A DNA stretch of 64,000 nucleotides from Lingula anatina (GCA_051362555.1 CM120648.1:6072587-6136586), one strand, 5' to 3'; counted from the stretch's first letter, positions 12,431-25,006 are shown. Notes: generated by a model from the letters alone, not told the origin. Numbers and translations are program-made.

Positions 12431-14310
12431 GGGGGGGGGGGGGGGTGCCTTCCTCAGTGTGGTGTATGATGCATGGAGCTGGCAATTCTCTGCAGAAGGA
12501 GAGAAAAGGGCGGATAATTTTTAGATTTTTTTTCTCAAATTTCTATATGGTGAACCTCATTCTTTGTCCCTTAGTAAACTTGAAACAACTAGTGATTATT
12601 ATTGTTATCATTATATGTTATTTATCTAATTTTTTTTATTTTTGGCAGTAAAGAAGAGTGAAAGACTGATGGTAATGCAAATTTTAATGTAAAATTCAAT
12701 TAACAATGCTGACTTTTTATTTCTTTTTGCATTGGAATAATTGCCAAAATTTCAACTTTGGTATCAACCTGTATGTAATGAAGAGTGTTGGAGCATATGA
12801 GCGTAAATAAAATAAACAAATGGACAGTACAGGTAATTAAGGTGAAGTTAACAGTCTCTGCTGTGTTGAACTGACTGGTGGTTGGTACTAACTTCTGGTG
12901 GTGTTTACGGACTTGTGTAATCCACAGACCCTGCTCCCCATGGTAGAACTGTGCACAGGCGTTAAACAAAACAAAACAAAATTTACACACAATGAACAAA
13001 GTAGATGGAGGCCCAGTTCACACGGCTGAGGACCTGATTAGGCAGGTTCTGAACCGGTCTAAATTTGGTCTGGTACTACTAAAAGTAATCTGTCAAAAGT
13101 TGATTGCTTTACTAATTATTGTGGAATTGCCTTGAAGCACTGCAATAGTGCAATTGATTAGCCATATGCCATGAGACTAATAAAAAATTGTCAAACTTTT
13201 TCTGAAAAAGTATCTCCATTAGAGTTAATTGCCAGTTAAGTTGCATGTTAGTGGCCACAAAATGAAAACCTTTGTCACTGCATTTTTGTCAGTGAACCTT
13301 ATATTGAATATACAGTGAAAATTATTACTGACTCAAAAATTACAAAAAAAATAATACCAGAAGTTGCAACCCAAGCCTATCGCTGTACAGTAACACAAAC
13401 ACATTTTTATCACATTTGGTGTCACAACTAACACAATAAGATGTTAAAGGGCTGCAGCAGGACTTTAGATCTCTCTAACACACTCAATGTTCCTATTCTG
13501 TATCATGAAGGGCTTCCCACTTCAGAGGTTTGTAGATATGAATAGGTCTACTATTAGGGTGATGTTCATGGTAGAAAAACTCAGGAAACATAAACATACC
13601 ATCAGTGATTTGTTTTATGTTTAAAGAACTTCGCACCTCAACACAAAGTTCTATTTTTGGGTGTTTAATTAACATTCCAATGATACCAGGAGACACAGAA
13701 TTTGTCAAAATGCCTCTATTATATATTACAGTGCAGTCATTTTATCTTAAAGAATGAGTGAATGGCAATAGGTACACTGCAATCATACTTAAAACATTAA
13801 CTATTTTACTTACCTAGTGCATTGTCACATTTAATTTTTTCTTTTCTTATTTCTAGTTGAACGGTGAAGATCAGTTGCACTACAAAGCCTAGTTCTTTGA
13901 ACCAGCCATTGTAACAGTAAGTAAAACTTGAAAAAAAATACAAATATTTACCAATTTGATCTTTGTATGAACATGTCAGGATGAAAAGATGAACAAGGAT
14001 AGCTTTTTTATCACTGCTTTTCAATTTAGTATTGATTTGGCTAGTAGAATTGGGTTTGCTTCAAAATTTTATAGAGTAGACTAAAAGGAAAATAACATTA
14101 CCAAAATATCCTCAAGGTAAAAATCTCCCATTTAAATGTTAAAGGAGGTTATTTGTTTGATCAGTGAAGCGGGGTTGACTAGCAGATTAGAGCATGGAAT
14201 CGTTATATAATTTGTGTGGTTGATTGCTTTTTGTACTGACCATTTAAAATGGTCATTATATTGGAACACGAACATTGGATAAAGATTTTGAAACCAGGCC
14301 ATAGTTAATC

Positions 14311-14314
<4 letters not shown>

Positions 14315-14387
<73 letters not shown>
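14315..14387. repeat. (CT)n microsatellite
   Basis: Seen directly. Confidence 0.95.
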
Positions 14388-14392
<5 letters not shown>

Positions 14393-14964
14393 TGTGCATG
14401 TTCAAGTGTGTGTGCTAGTATATTTGCACTCTGTTCATAAAGAAATACTTGTCAGTACATTGATAATAGGGAAAGCTTTAATCACTTTAGAAGAAATTGA
14501 TGAGTTGGTATACTGCTAGATAGTTGATATTTATATTATATTTACAGTATGTATGTGCACACATGCACACACATACAGAATGAGAGAGCAAGAAGTGATT
14601 GACTCATTTATTGTACCCAGTAACCCCAGCCCTTATCTCCCCTGTTGTTTGCACTAAATCCTTGCATGAAATATCTTGTATAACCCTTTTCAGTGACCGT
14701 AAAACCTTATCTTCTTCTCAGTGAAGTGGGATCCATTATATAACAGAGCAGTTGCCAATCTGCTTCTCTGCCCTGCTTCACTGAGCACACAAATTGGCTG
14801 ATGCTTTCAGCGCAGGCTGTTCACCCTTCAGATGCAGCACATGTGATTATCTCTGATCGAGGTCGCACTCAGTTGGTTTGAGTAATGTACTGATTTCAGG
14901 TTGTTAATAGTTTTATTTAAGATTACTTCATACTACACTTAAACATGCATGCATGTACGCACAT

Positions 14965-15023
14965 ACACACACACACACACACACACTCACACACACACTC
15001 ACACACACACACACACACACACA
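14965..15023. repeat. (CA)n microsatellite
   Basis: Seen directly. Confidence 0.95.
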
Positions 15024-15076
15024 CTGGTGATCACACATGTAACCATCTTTTTATATACTCAGTTATATGTTATATG

Positions 15077-16343
15077 ATCACATAATGTCTAGGATATGGT
15101 CAGTGATATCACATAATGTCAGTGAATTAGGATATGGTCAATGATATCACATAATGTCAGTGAAGTAGGATATGGTCAGTGACATCACATAATGTCAGTG
15201 AAGTAGGATATGGTCAGTGATATCACATAATGTCAGTAAAGTAGGATATTGTCAGTGACATCACATAATGTCAGTGAAGTAGGATATGGTCAGTGACATC
15301 ACATAATGTCAGTAAAGTAGGATATGGTCAGTGACATCACATAATGTCAATGAAGTAGGATATGGTCAGTGACATCACATAATGTCAGTGAAGTAGGATA
15401 TGGTCAATGATATCACATAATGTCAATGAAGTAGGATATGGTCAGTGACATCACATAATGTCAGTGAAGTAGGATATGGTCAGTGATATCACATAATGTC
15501 CAGTGAAGTAGGATATGGTCAGTGATATCACATAATGTCAGTGAAGTAGGATATGGTCAATGATATCACATAATGTCAGTGAAGTAGGATATGGTCAGTG
15601 ACATCACGTAATGTCAGTGAAGTAGGATATGGTCAGTGACATCATGTAATGACAGTGAAGTAGGATATGGTCAGTGACATCACGTAATGTCAGTGAAGTA
15701 GGATATGGTCACTGACATCACATAATGTCAGTGAAGTAGGATATGGTCAGTGACATCACATAATGTGTAGTGAAGTAGGATATGGTCAGTGACATCACGT
15801 AATGTCAGTGAAGTAGGATATGGTCAGTGACATCACGTAATGTCAGTGAAGTAGGATATGGTCAGTGACATCACGTAATGTCAGTGAAGTAGGATATGGT
15901 CACTGACATCACATAATGTCAGTGAAGTAGGATATGGTCAGTGACATCACATAATGTGTAGTGAAGTAGGATATGGTCAGTGACATCACGTAATGTCAGT
16001 GAAGTAGGATATGGTCAGTGACATCAAGTAATGTCAGTGAAGTAGGATATGGTCAGTGACATCATGTAATGACAGTGAAGTAGGATATGGTCAGTGACAT
16101 CACGTAATGTCAGTGAAGTAGGATATGGTCAGTATCATCACGTAATGTCAGTGAAGTAGGATATAGTCAGTGACATCACGTAATGTCAGTGAAGTAGGAT
16201 ATGGTCAGTATCATCACGTAATGTCAGTGAAGTAGGATATGGTCAGTAACATCACATAATGTCTGTGAAGTAGGATATGGTCAGTGACATCACATAATGT
16301 CAGTGAAGTAGGATATGGTCAGTGACATCACATAATGTCAGTG
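15077..16343. repeat. 38-bp minisatellite, about 33 copies
   Basis: Unit GTCAGTGAAGTAGGATATGGTCAGTGACATCACATAAT, head to tail with no spacers; period checked at 15181 and 15219. Confidence 0.97.
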
Positions 16344-16541
16344 GTCAGGAATCTCACACAATGTCTAGTGAGGTATCATCAGCAGTTTTTTGAATTATTG
16401 AAGCTCGAATGCTTGGCTTTATTTCACTGTGCCACAGAAGAATGAATTAATGAGAAATTATCCCCAGATTGTTAAGTCAGATGGACAGTGGGGGTTCAAG
16501 TAGGGTGGGAGGGTGGAGACTCTCTTAACAGATCAACTATA

Positions 16542-16763
16542 TGTAGCAGAGTATAAAACAACAAATCGACAATATACCATAAATCTAGGATCAGCTCCTT
16601 TATTTTAATTTCCACATGTACATCAGACGAACGCCTACTAGCTCAAGAACAACGAAGAATGACAAAGAATAGTATGGCGCGGGGAATTTATATTTCCCGC
16701 TCACGTGACTGTAAAGGCAGGAATATATAACGCAATACCTTGACACCTTGTCACCCTTTTACA
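16542..16763 (-). mobile_element. 222-bp solo LTR (Gypsy-like termini)
   Basis: TGTA...TACA ends; 4-bp TSD TATA at 16538-16541 and 16764-16767; on the minus strand TATA-like boxes followed by AATAAA about 65 nt before the end; richer in CpG than the flanks. Confidence 0.7.
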
Positions 16764-17767
16764 TATAAATACAATGTTAGTCAGTGAGATGTATGATATA
16801 CTCATGCTATATATCACACCCCATGTGGTATGAACACAATTTGATGTCATGCTTACTTTGTACCTCCCTCCATGTAGCTGGTGACCATTGTATCTGACCT
16901 ATGTCATTGCTGTGTAATGTTTTCATGCATGATGAGTGTGTGCCGTCAGGTTCAGTAGACATGTCGAGGTCCATTGTTCTGAACACCTGTAGTGGTATAA
17001 ATAAGAAATGAAGTGGGTAGAGAAATCTGGTCGATTTTTTATCAAATTATGTTATGATACGTTACATTATGTTATGTAACATTACAATGTGGTACAGTGT
17101 AGTGTTGTGTAGAAGACCATAAAATGTAGGCAACAGTACAAACTGGAATACATAGAAATTGAATTGATGATGAATGTCATGCCTAACTAACACCCCCACC
17201 TTTCAATAAAAAAATTGAAAGCAAGTAAATAAATTAAGATATTTGTTAATTATGTATTACATACAAGGGTCATTATAAAAGGTGGATAAGGATGTGATAT
17301 AATATTGGTTCATATTTGGTCTAATGTACTGGAAGATACATTTTCACAAACCCTGTGGATGAATTCCTCAGCAAATGTTCACTTCTCTTAAAACTCACTA
17401 TGCATTCTGGGAGTTCATAACACAGGAAATGATGTAGCATTTTGAAAACAAAAAGATAATCCAATTTTGAAAACTCGTCTCTACAGCATGTAAACAGAGA
17501 CAATGAATGACAGTTTTTTTTTTTCTTTTTTGACAGGTGGGGCGTGATATCTAAAAGTTCACTTCTCTTTCAACCCACTAGAAAACGTACACACTCCAAT
17601 GTTTAGAATTCTTAGACTGACTTATTTCTGTGTTCACTGAACTGGAACTCTTCCTGCCACTGAGATAAACCGTATATCATTTACTGGTGACCTTTAGTTC
17701 TTGTTCCTATTTCTGCATTTGCCCACTGACATTTATAGAAAGTTTTGGTAATTTGTCTGAAAGGGTC

Positions 17768-17889
17768 ATGGATTTGACACAACCCCCTCCATGCCCCCTT
17801 TTCGCTCCTTCTTCCTTAAAACCCTGCTCTATATACCCCTCCTCTTTTAAGTACCAGTATGCATTCTGCTCATCTTTGACATTCAGCTT
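17768..17889 (+). CDS. Weak candidate first coding exon (MDLTQPPPCPLF...SLTFS, phase 2)
   Basis: GTCATGG start; 40 codons plus TT, then |GTAAGT. No CpG patch nearby. Confidence 0.2.
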
Positions 17890-18253
17890 GTAAGTCAACA
17901 GTAAGCATAATGGATCAGTATTGTATAACGTTCCATCTTGGTCAGTTGTGATTTTTTCTGAACTAAATACCAGAGATAATTTGTTCTAATTGGTTTAATA
18001 ATAGCTTTATGTGAAAAAGTTGATATTTCTTGGCTAATTTATTATTGATGTGGTGAAAAGTGGAAACTCTTTATTTATTTAGGGGTAGTCAGTGAAGCAG
18101 ATGACAATTTTTTGTTGTGTAGGCTCTAAGCCAATCTCTTCCCAGTCAATAACCCCTGCAGTGACTCTGAGAATACTCCACTTAAAGCCATCCGCTATCC
18201 AGCCCAAGGATGAGATTTTGATGGTGACTCTCTTTAACTAAGCTCAAGCTCTG

Positions 18254-19444
18254 TATCACCCTGAGTTTGAGAGTACTGACAGTGACTCTCCTCTATACTG
18301 GGTAGAGGAGAGTACTGACAGTGACTCTCCTCTACCCAGTATCGATATGTTCTCTATCACCCTGAGTTTGAGAGTACTGACAGTGACTCTCCTCTACCCA
18401 GTATATGTTCTCTATCACCCTGAGTTTGAGAGTACTGACAGTGACTCTCCCATAACCAGTATATGTTCTCTATCACCCTGAGTTTGAGAGTACTGACAGT
18501 GACTCTCCTCTACCCAGTATATGTTCTCTATCACCCTGAGTTTGAGAGTACTGACAGTGACTCTCCTCTACCCAGTATATGTTCTCTATCACCCTGAGTT
18601 TGAGAGTACTGACAGTGCCTCTCCTCTACCCAGTATATGTTCTTTATCACCCTGAGTTTGAGAGTACTGACAGTGACTCTCCTGTACCCAGTATATGTTC
18701 TTTATCACCCTGAGTTTGAGAGTACTGACAGTGACTCTCCTCTACCCAGTATATGTTCTCTATCACCCTGAGTTTGAGAGTACTGACAGTGCCTCTCCTC
18801 TACCCAGTATTTGTTTTGTATCACCCTGAGTTTGAGAGTACTGACAGTGCCTCTCCTCTACCCAGTATATGTTCTTTATCACCCTGAGTTTGAGAGTACT
18901 GACAGTGACTCTCCTCTACTCAGTATATGTTCTCTATCACCCTGAGTTTGAGAGTACTGACAGTGACTCTCCTCTACCCAGTATATGTTCTTTATCACCC
19001 TGAGTTTGAGAGTACTGACAGTGCCTCTCCTCTACCCAGTATATGTTCTCTATCACCCTGAGTTTGAGAGTACTGACAGTGCCTCTCCTCTACCCAGTAT
19101 ATGTTCTTTATCACCCTGAGTTTGAGAGTACTGACAGTGACTCTCCTCTACCCAGTATATGTTCTTTATCACCCTGAGTTTGAGAGTACTGACAGTGACT
19201 CTCCTCTACCCAGTATATGTTCTCTATCACTCTGAGTTTGAGAGTACTGACAGTGACTCTCCTCTACCCAGTATCGATATGTTCTCTATCACCCTGAGTT
19301 TCAGAGTACTGACAGTGACTCTCCCATACCCAGCATATGTTCTTTATCACCCTGAGTTTGAGAGTACTGACAGTGACTCTCTTCTACCCAGTATATGTTC
19401 TCTATCACACCGAGTTACATATCACTGACTCCTCTACCCAGTAT
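18254..19444 (+). repeat. 58-bp minisatellite, about 20 copies
   Basis: Unit GTTCTCTATCACCCTGAGTTTGAGAGTACTGACAGTGACTCTCCTCTACCCAGTATAT; period checked at 18361 and 18419; copies nearly identical. Confidence 0.97.
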
Positions 19445-19664
19445 TTATTTGTGATGCTTTAGGAGAGACTTCAGCTATTAGGTTAAACACCAAGAAGCAT
19501 CGATATGACCTAGGCTGTATATACAGGTACATACAGTAAACCGTGGGTAGCAGCTTGGTACGTGATTGACCATAACAGAGTCAATTTCCTAAAAAAAATC
19601 CTTAATCCGTCCCTAAAGGGGGAGGTGGGGTGTGGGGTTAAGCCCATTATGGAGAAAAAGTGAA

Positions 19665-19875
19665 GTTTTTGTACTGTCTGTAAAAGAGGCTACTTCATGT
19701 TTTTCTGGCAAGTTTTAATACTGCTTGTAGAAGAGGCTTCTTCGTGGTTTTCTGGTTTAAATACTGTTCGTAGATAGGGCTATATTAATGGTCTTCTGGA
19801 CAGAAAAGGCACGTTTTAATACTGTCTGTAAAAGAGGCTACTTAATGGGTTTCTGGGTTTGTCTGTAGGAGAGAG
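19665..19875. repeat. Short diverged tandem array (4 units of about 43-60 bp)
   Basis: TACTGTCTGTAAAAGAGGCTACTT..TTTCTGG recurs at about 19672, 19719, 19762 and 19820. Confidence 0.8.
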
Positions 19876-20174
19876 TATCCCTGCGAGGCAATGTTCTGGA
19901 GATGGAAGCATGGCAATGGTATAGCATGTGTGGTGAACCGTGGCTGGAATTGGAGCACAGTTGCAGTGATAATCACTTTTAGCTGTGGGCTCACTACAGA
20001 CATATGATATAGAATAACCAGATTGTAGGCAAGACCTCTGCCTGATGAAACAGATGACACTTGTGTGGTTTGTCTGTGATATGCCGACTACAAGCTAGAT
20101 AGATATAATACGGTACACTGTGACAGAGGACTAAGGGTGGATGGCAATGATATTTTTATGTGTATCTTTTATAG

Positions 20175-20195
20175 ATTTGGTGTGTTGATGTTTAG
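20175..20195 (+). other. Candidate 21-nt micro-exon
   Basis: tatcttttatag|ATTTGGTGTGTTGATGTTTAG|gtaagt; open in the phase 2-to-2 frame (FGVLMF) and contains an ATG in that frame. Confidence 0.35.
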
Positions 20196-20287
20196 GTAAG
20201 TATAGAGACAGGTTACATGATAACAGGGAGTAATTAGGAGGATGTGTTGTGTTAAGTTGCAGGGGTGGGGTGGATTGATGGCTGTTT

Positions 20288-20329
<42 letters not shown>

Positions 20330-22096
20330 CATACATTTCTGAAATGTGCACATTCTTAAAAGAAAGAGAACACCTAAAATATATTTAAAAAACAAACAAC
20401 AAAATAATCATTGCATGAGGGAGATAGAGGAAGTAGACAGAAGAACACACATTTTCCTACTGTGAACAACAAGCTGTTAAAATGTGCAAAAAAATCAATG
20501 AGGCATGAAAGCCTCCGAGACTCTTCTTCCATATTAGCTTTCAGCTGGGCACTTTAATTACCATGGGCTGACTCCAAACTCCGCACATGTTATTGTAGAT
20601 ATGTAATTGCAAAACCACATCGCTATTATGTGATATGATTAATGCAATCAGATTTAAGTTATCCGACTGATTATTTTATTGGGTTTTTTTTCATCAGTAA
20701 AAAGTAATGTAAATGCCTGTTGATAATGTGTACCTAATGTAGGTGTGAATGATAACAGATTAAATCAGCTAATTCCTAATAGAATTTAATGGTTATTATT
20801 CATTCAGCTTTTTATATGTCACGTGCTGACATTGTTGGCTATCTGTGCTTTTTTTATACTTCTGTATGTTTACATAACAAAAATTAAATAAGTGAATAAA
20901 ATAAATTTAAGAAAGGGTTATGTACCACATGGAAATCTGTTTTATTAAGATACATTTTTAATCTGCACCATAGTCATTTAGAAAGTGAATTGATGAAATA
21001 CATTTTTGTACCTGATAAAAATATGTAACAAATGATACGATGTTGCTTAGCAAATAAAAGTGTAGGAAGTTTAAAGAGAAATATTGTGGTTAATGAATTT
21101 TATTATTTCCACTTTAGTACTTATAGTTTCCATTTTTCTAGATAGGGCATGAGAACTGGACCGATTATAATTTCAAAGGTCTTGTTACAGCTGCCTTCGT
21201 AGACTTCATACTGCACGGTCAAAAGACCCATCCTCTTGGACAAAAAAAAAAACAACAAAAAAAATCACTGTGAATCAAAATTTGATGTAGGTTTTATGCC
21301 ATTGCCTTAGTTGGGTCATCTCAACTGGATAGACTACTTTTAAGTATGGAGGCCTATAAGCATACTATTAGACCTGAATTACTGGAAGGTTACGTTAGGT
21401 TTTCAGTTCTGTTTGCATTGCAGTAGGTGTGTTACACAGGAGGTTGCTGCAGATGTAGTTCATCTCTCTATCCACTCAGTATATATGACATACTGAAGAC
21501 GTATCTAGATGTATTATTAATATCCATGGGGTAGGTCCAATATACTGCAGAGTTTCGCATCAGAATTTAAAGTTCAGTTGGTCTTAACTTTGAGAATGCA
21601 TTCTTTCAGTCTACATTGACCAAGATATGGCTGATGTACCCAGTAGTAGTAACAGTAGAAGTGGTAGTCAACTTAAATGTGGCAAGTGAAACTTTCTTCA
21701 GTATGACTATTTACAGATGCCATTATTTCTCATTATTTATTTATTTGTTTGTTTTGTTTGTTTGTTTTTTACATATTCTTCTTTTATTTAAATCTTTTCT
21801 TCTTCTCTTATCTTTGACCAAAGTAGACTTAAGATTTTTTTTATTTATTGTCATTATCATATTTTCTTAATTTTTAAGGGCTCTAGGTCTTCAAATAACA
21901 TATCTCTAAAGCTTAGTCTTCATCTGCTTAGGCACATTAGGTTAGTTTTCAGAGCAGCTCTTTCTTTAAAATCCCATATAACTGGTAGAGAGCCTATAAC
22001 ATGTTATTGGCAGTCTACTATATTCTCTTTCTGCATCTATCCTTGACTTTTTTACAAATATTTGATATTAAAAACCTTGTCTTTGTTATTTTATAG

Positions 22097-22170
22097 TAAA
22101 GCAGTGACCCCGAAAGCTGAGTGTAGTCATCTTAACTTCAATTCCATTTAAGACTTGTGGAAAAATCACA
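22097..22170 (+). other. Candidate non-coding internal exon (74 nt)
   Basis: ttgttattttatag| ... CACA|gtaagt; stops in all three frames. Confidence 0.25.
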
Positions 22171-23227
22171 GTAAGTTGCTATCTTGAATAAAGGCCATAT
22201 TTATCTCCTTCCAGTTAATTGAGTTGTTTTCCCTATGATTACCTTTATGGAGTATGGTTCGTCGCATATCATAAACAGACTGCGTCTCGTGATGTCGTTC
22301 GCGTGGAAACTTTTAGTGCGCTCGGATTCACATGTGAAACCTACCAGGATTTCACTGATGTTCGCTGTGGTGCAGGGTTGATTGTTGTCACTTAGTTTGT
22401 TTGCAAGCTTTGTTCATGGTGAAAACAATAATATTAATTATGATGGTCTTGTTGTTATGGATGATTGCATCATTTTTTTGCCAGTCTATGGGACAGTCTA
22501 CAGCAATTCACCCTCTCCTCTGTATTTTATTTTCCCCTTAAAATTTTTTTCATTTTTTTTTTATATATTTCATAGGAGAGAAAAATAATATGGTTGTGTT
22601 CACACTTGCTTAAACTAAACTGGCAAGAAAAGAAGTAAAAGGAAGTTTTACAGGAGTCAGATTATTTTATAGAAAAGGAAATGTTGGAAATTTTAATGAC
22701 ATTTAATAGAACTGAGGCCAGATCATGTTGTTAGATTAAAGGCAAGCCCCCTCTTCTCTCGTTCTCTCTTTTTCCTTCTCTCTCTCCCTGTCTCTCCTTC
22801 ATTCTTTTTTTTCTCTCTCTTTCACAAAAACCTTTTTGTGCTCACTTTTAGGTGTATGCTAATCTTTTTTCACAGACACATAAAAATGGAATCAAAATGG
22901 GTTCAGGTGACATCATCTTACTCAGATGGTCACCAGCTCAGCTGTAGTCCACCTATAGCTCCCATCCATCCATTCTGGTTGACTGCAAATGGCACTGGAC
23001 TGGTGTCACTAAAATTGTCATCTTTAGGTACGTGTACCTGTCTCAAGTTGCACTTAACCAGTTGGGAGTTCTTCCATTGACGATTGACGTTCCTCAGGTC
23101 AGCCTATAGCTTAACCCATTTATCTCTTAACATATCTATCACTCACCATTTTAACACCCTGAGTTTAACAGAGTATATGAAAACTCTCCTCTATGATTAG
23201 TATAATATTTTGCCTTTCTGGTAACAC

Positions 23228-23382
23228 CCAGGGCTCCGTAACTCGAAAGCATCGTGCACTGCGACCGAGTGCAAGCGTCTCGATTCCATAACTCGCCCAT
23301 ACTTGCACCATGTAATACACTGTAGCCTCTATGTGAAATCGCTATTCGCAATACGCCATGCTTTAGAGTTACGGGGCCCTGG
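23228..23382. mobile_element. 155-bp MITE with 25-bp TIRs (PIF/Harbinger-like ends)
   Basis: Left CCAGGGCTCCGTAACTCGAAAGCAT versus reverse complement of right CCAGGGCCCCGTAACTCTAAAGCAT (23/25); CpG-rich interior. Superfamily is inferred. Confidence 0.85.
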
Positions 23383-23503
23383 TCTCTATCATCGTACATA
23401 ATATCTGTCATTTGTTCCACCTCCCCCCTCCAAAAACAAATTCTCTATTGGAAATGACAGATGAACAGGCATGCTCAGATAAGAGAGCAAGTTTCCCATT
23501 AGA

Positions 23504-23654
23504 GGCTGCATTCACAACAGTGGACAAACTAGTCTGTGGATCAAATATGGGAACCCATTTAAAAGCTTGCCAGTGGAGATTACACAATAAGCATTCAAAT
23601 GGGTCAGTCATATTTGATCCACAGACTAGTTAGTCGGTTGTTGTGAATGCAGCC
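23504..23654. mobile_element. 151-bp fold-back MITE with about 65-bp inverted arms
   Basis: GGCTGCATTCACAACA..AACTAGTCTGTGGATCAAATATG..ACCCATTT pairs with AAATGGGT..CATATTTGATCCACAGACTAGTT..TGTTGTGAATGCAGCC; TTA and TAA lie within 1-2 bp of the ends. Confidence 0.88.
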
Positions 23655-24106
23655 GTAATCTCTGAATCTCAGGGTGCTCAAAATATTCCGCCTCAGAACC
23701 GGGTTTGTCAAGTCCAGCCTCTTCTTGCACATATCTAGCAAGCACCCAACCAATTAGCATGTTCTTTGAACCAAAATCCCCAACGCAAAAGAGCATATCC
23801 ATAATAAACTAAGCAATTAGCACTCCCTGTGAACCATGGCTGCCACAGTCTGTGACTGCATTGAAGTGGGATTTGATTTGACTCACATTTTTAGAGTCTC
23901 TTGCACAGGTTTGTTATGTACTCTCCTTGTTTTTTTATTTAATGATTTTTTATTGTTTTGTAATGATATAATTCTTGTCAACCATGCAGTTTATTCGTTT
24001 TTACCTTGTTAATATGAGAGCAAGAGGTTCTAGGATAGATGACAGATATGTACTGCACATGAATGGAGGCAGTTTGTGTGTGTGTGCATGCTTTTGCATT
24101 TTCATT

Positions 24107-24280
24107 CAGCCCTGTAGCCAGTATGATTTCAAATTGGGGGGGGGGATCTTTTTCTCAAAAAGTGGACCATTTACAATGAGTACTTGTACCTATTTCAAAT
24201 TTTACCCAGAGCAGACCTTTCCTCATCCAAAAAGGGGCGGATTGTCTGAACCTTCCGATTCTCCCCTACCTATAGGCCTG
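24107..24280 (+). mobile_element. 174-bp MITE (family B) with CAG..CTG ends
   Basis: TIR CAGCCCTGTAG / CTATAGGCCTG (9/11); flanks TCATT / ACATT (4/5 match as a TSD). Confidence 0.7.
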
Positions 24281-24960
24281 ACATTAAATTTATCTACATG
24301 AGAAGTGAATTTCTGCTGGGAATCGCTGGCACTTTCTAAACCCTGTTTTGGAGGGTAGCTGATTTGTAAGCTGCAAGCCTGTGTAAAGTCAGTGAGGTGT
24401 GAAGGCAAGCTTTGTGGTGTTCTTGTTTTTGAATTTTTGCTGTAAATGAGGCACAACTGCTCTTATTCTGGGTCACACTTGCTGTTGAGTCACTGGATTC
24501 AAAAACCCAAGGTGCTACTTTTGTATTCTGTCTTACCTTTTTTTTCTTCTTTTTTTACCTGGTAAGTGTTTTGGTAAGTGATTCAGAGTAAGCCAAGGTA
24601 AAAACCTGAGCAGTTTCTTTTGACTTTTTTTTAATCAGTGTTGTTCTTCTTTACGAGAACAAACTCATTGTGTCGGTATAGTGTTTTTTGTGTGTTTTGG
24701 ATCTTCTTTTACTGATAGGTGATAGACTTGAGACATTTTTCACTGAAGAAACAAATAACTTTGAGTTTACATTTTCACTTTTCACGGTAAATTTGTAGCA
24801 TTTCTACACTGATAGCATAAACATTTCTCTGCAGTTATTTCTTTGTAATGAAGGGAAAGCCTGCTCTGCAACTTGATTTTGACTTTATATCTAATGCACG
24901 TTGCACTTATACTGTTTAATCTCCACTATTATATGATTGATGTTTTATTGTTATTTCCAG

Positions 24961-25006
24961 GTATGCTACTGAAGTTTTGACTCTGATGTCTTGGAAATGT
25001 AAAAAG
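24961..25006 (+). other. Candidate 46-nt exon (phase 2 to 0: YATEVLTLMSWKCKK, or start MSWKCKK)
   Basis: ttttattgttatttccag| ... AAAAAG|gtgaga; one fully open frame; upstream donors at 24562 and 24574. Confidence 0.4.

Noticed and set aside
19159-19428. 89-aa repetitive ORF
   Set aside because: It lies inside the 58-bp satellite; the unit length is not a multiple of 3.
15077-19444. CRISPR-like appearance of the 38-bp and 58-bp arrays
   Set aside because: Units are head to tail with no unique spacers, there are no cas genes, and the context is eukaryotic.
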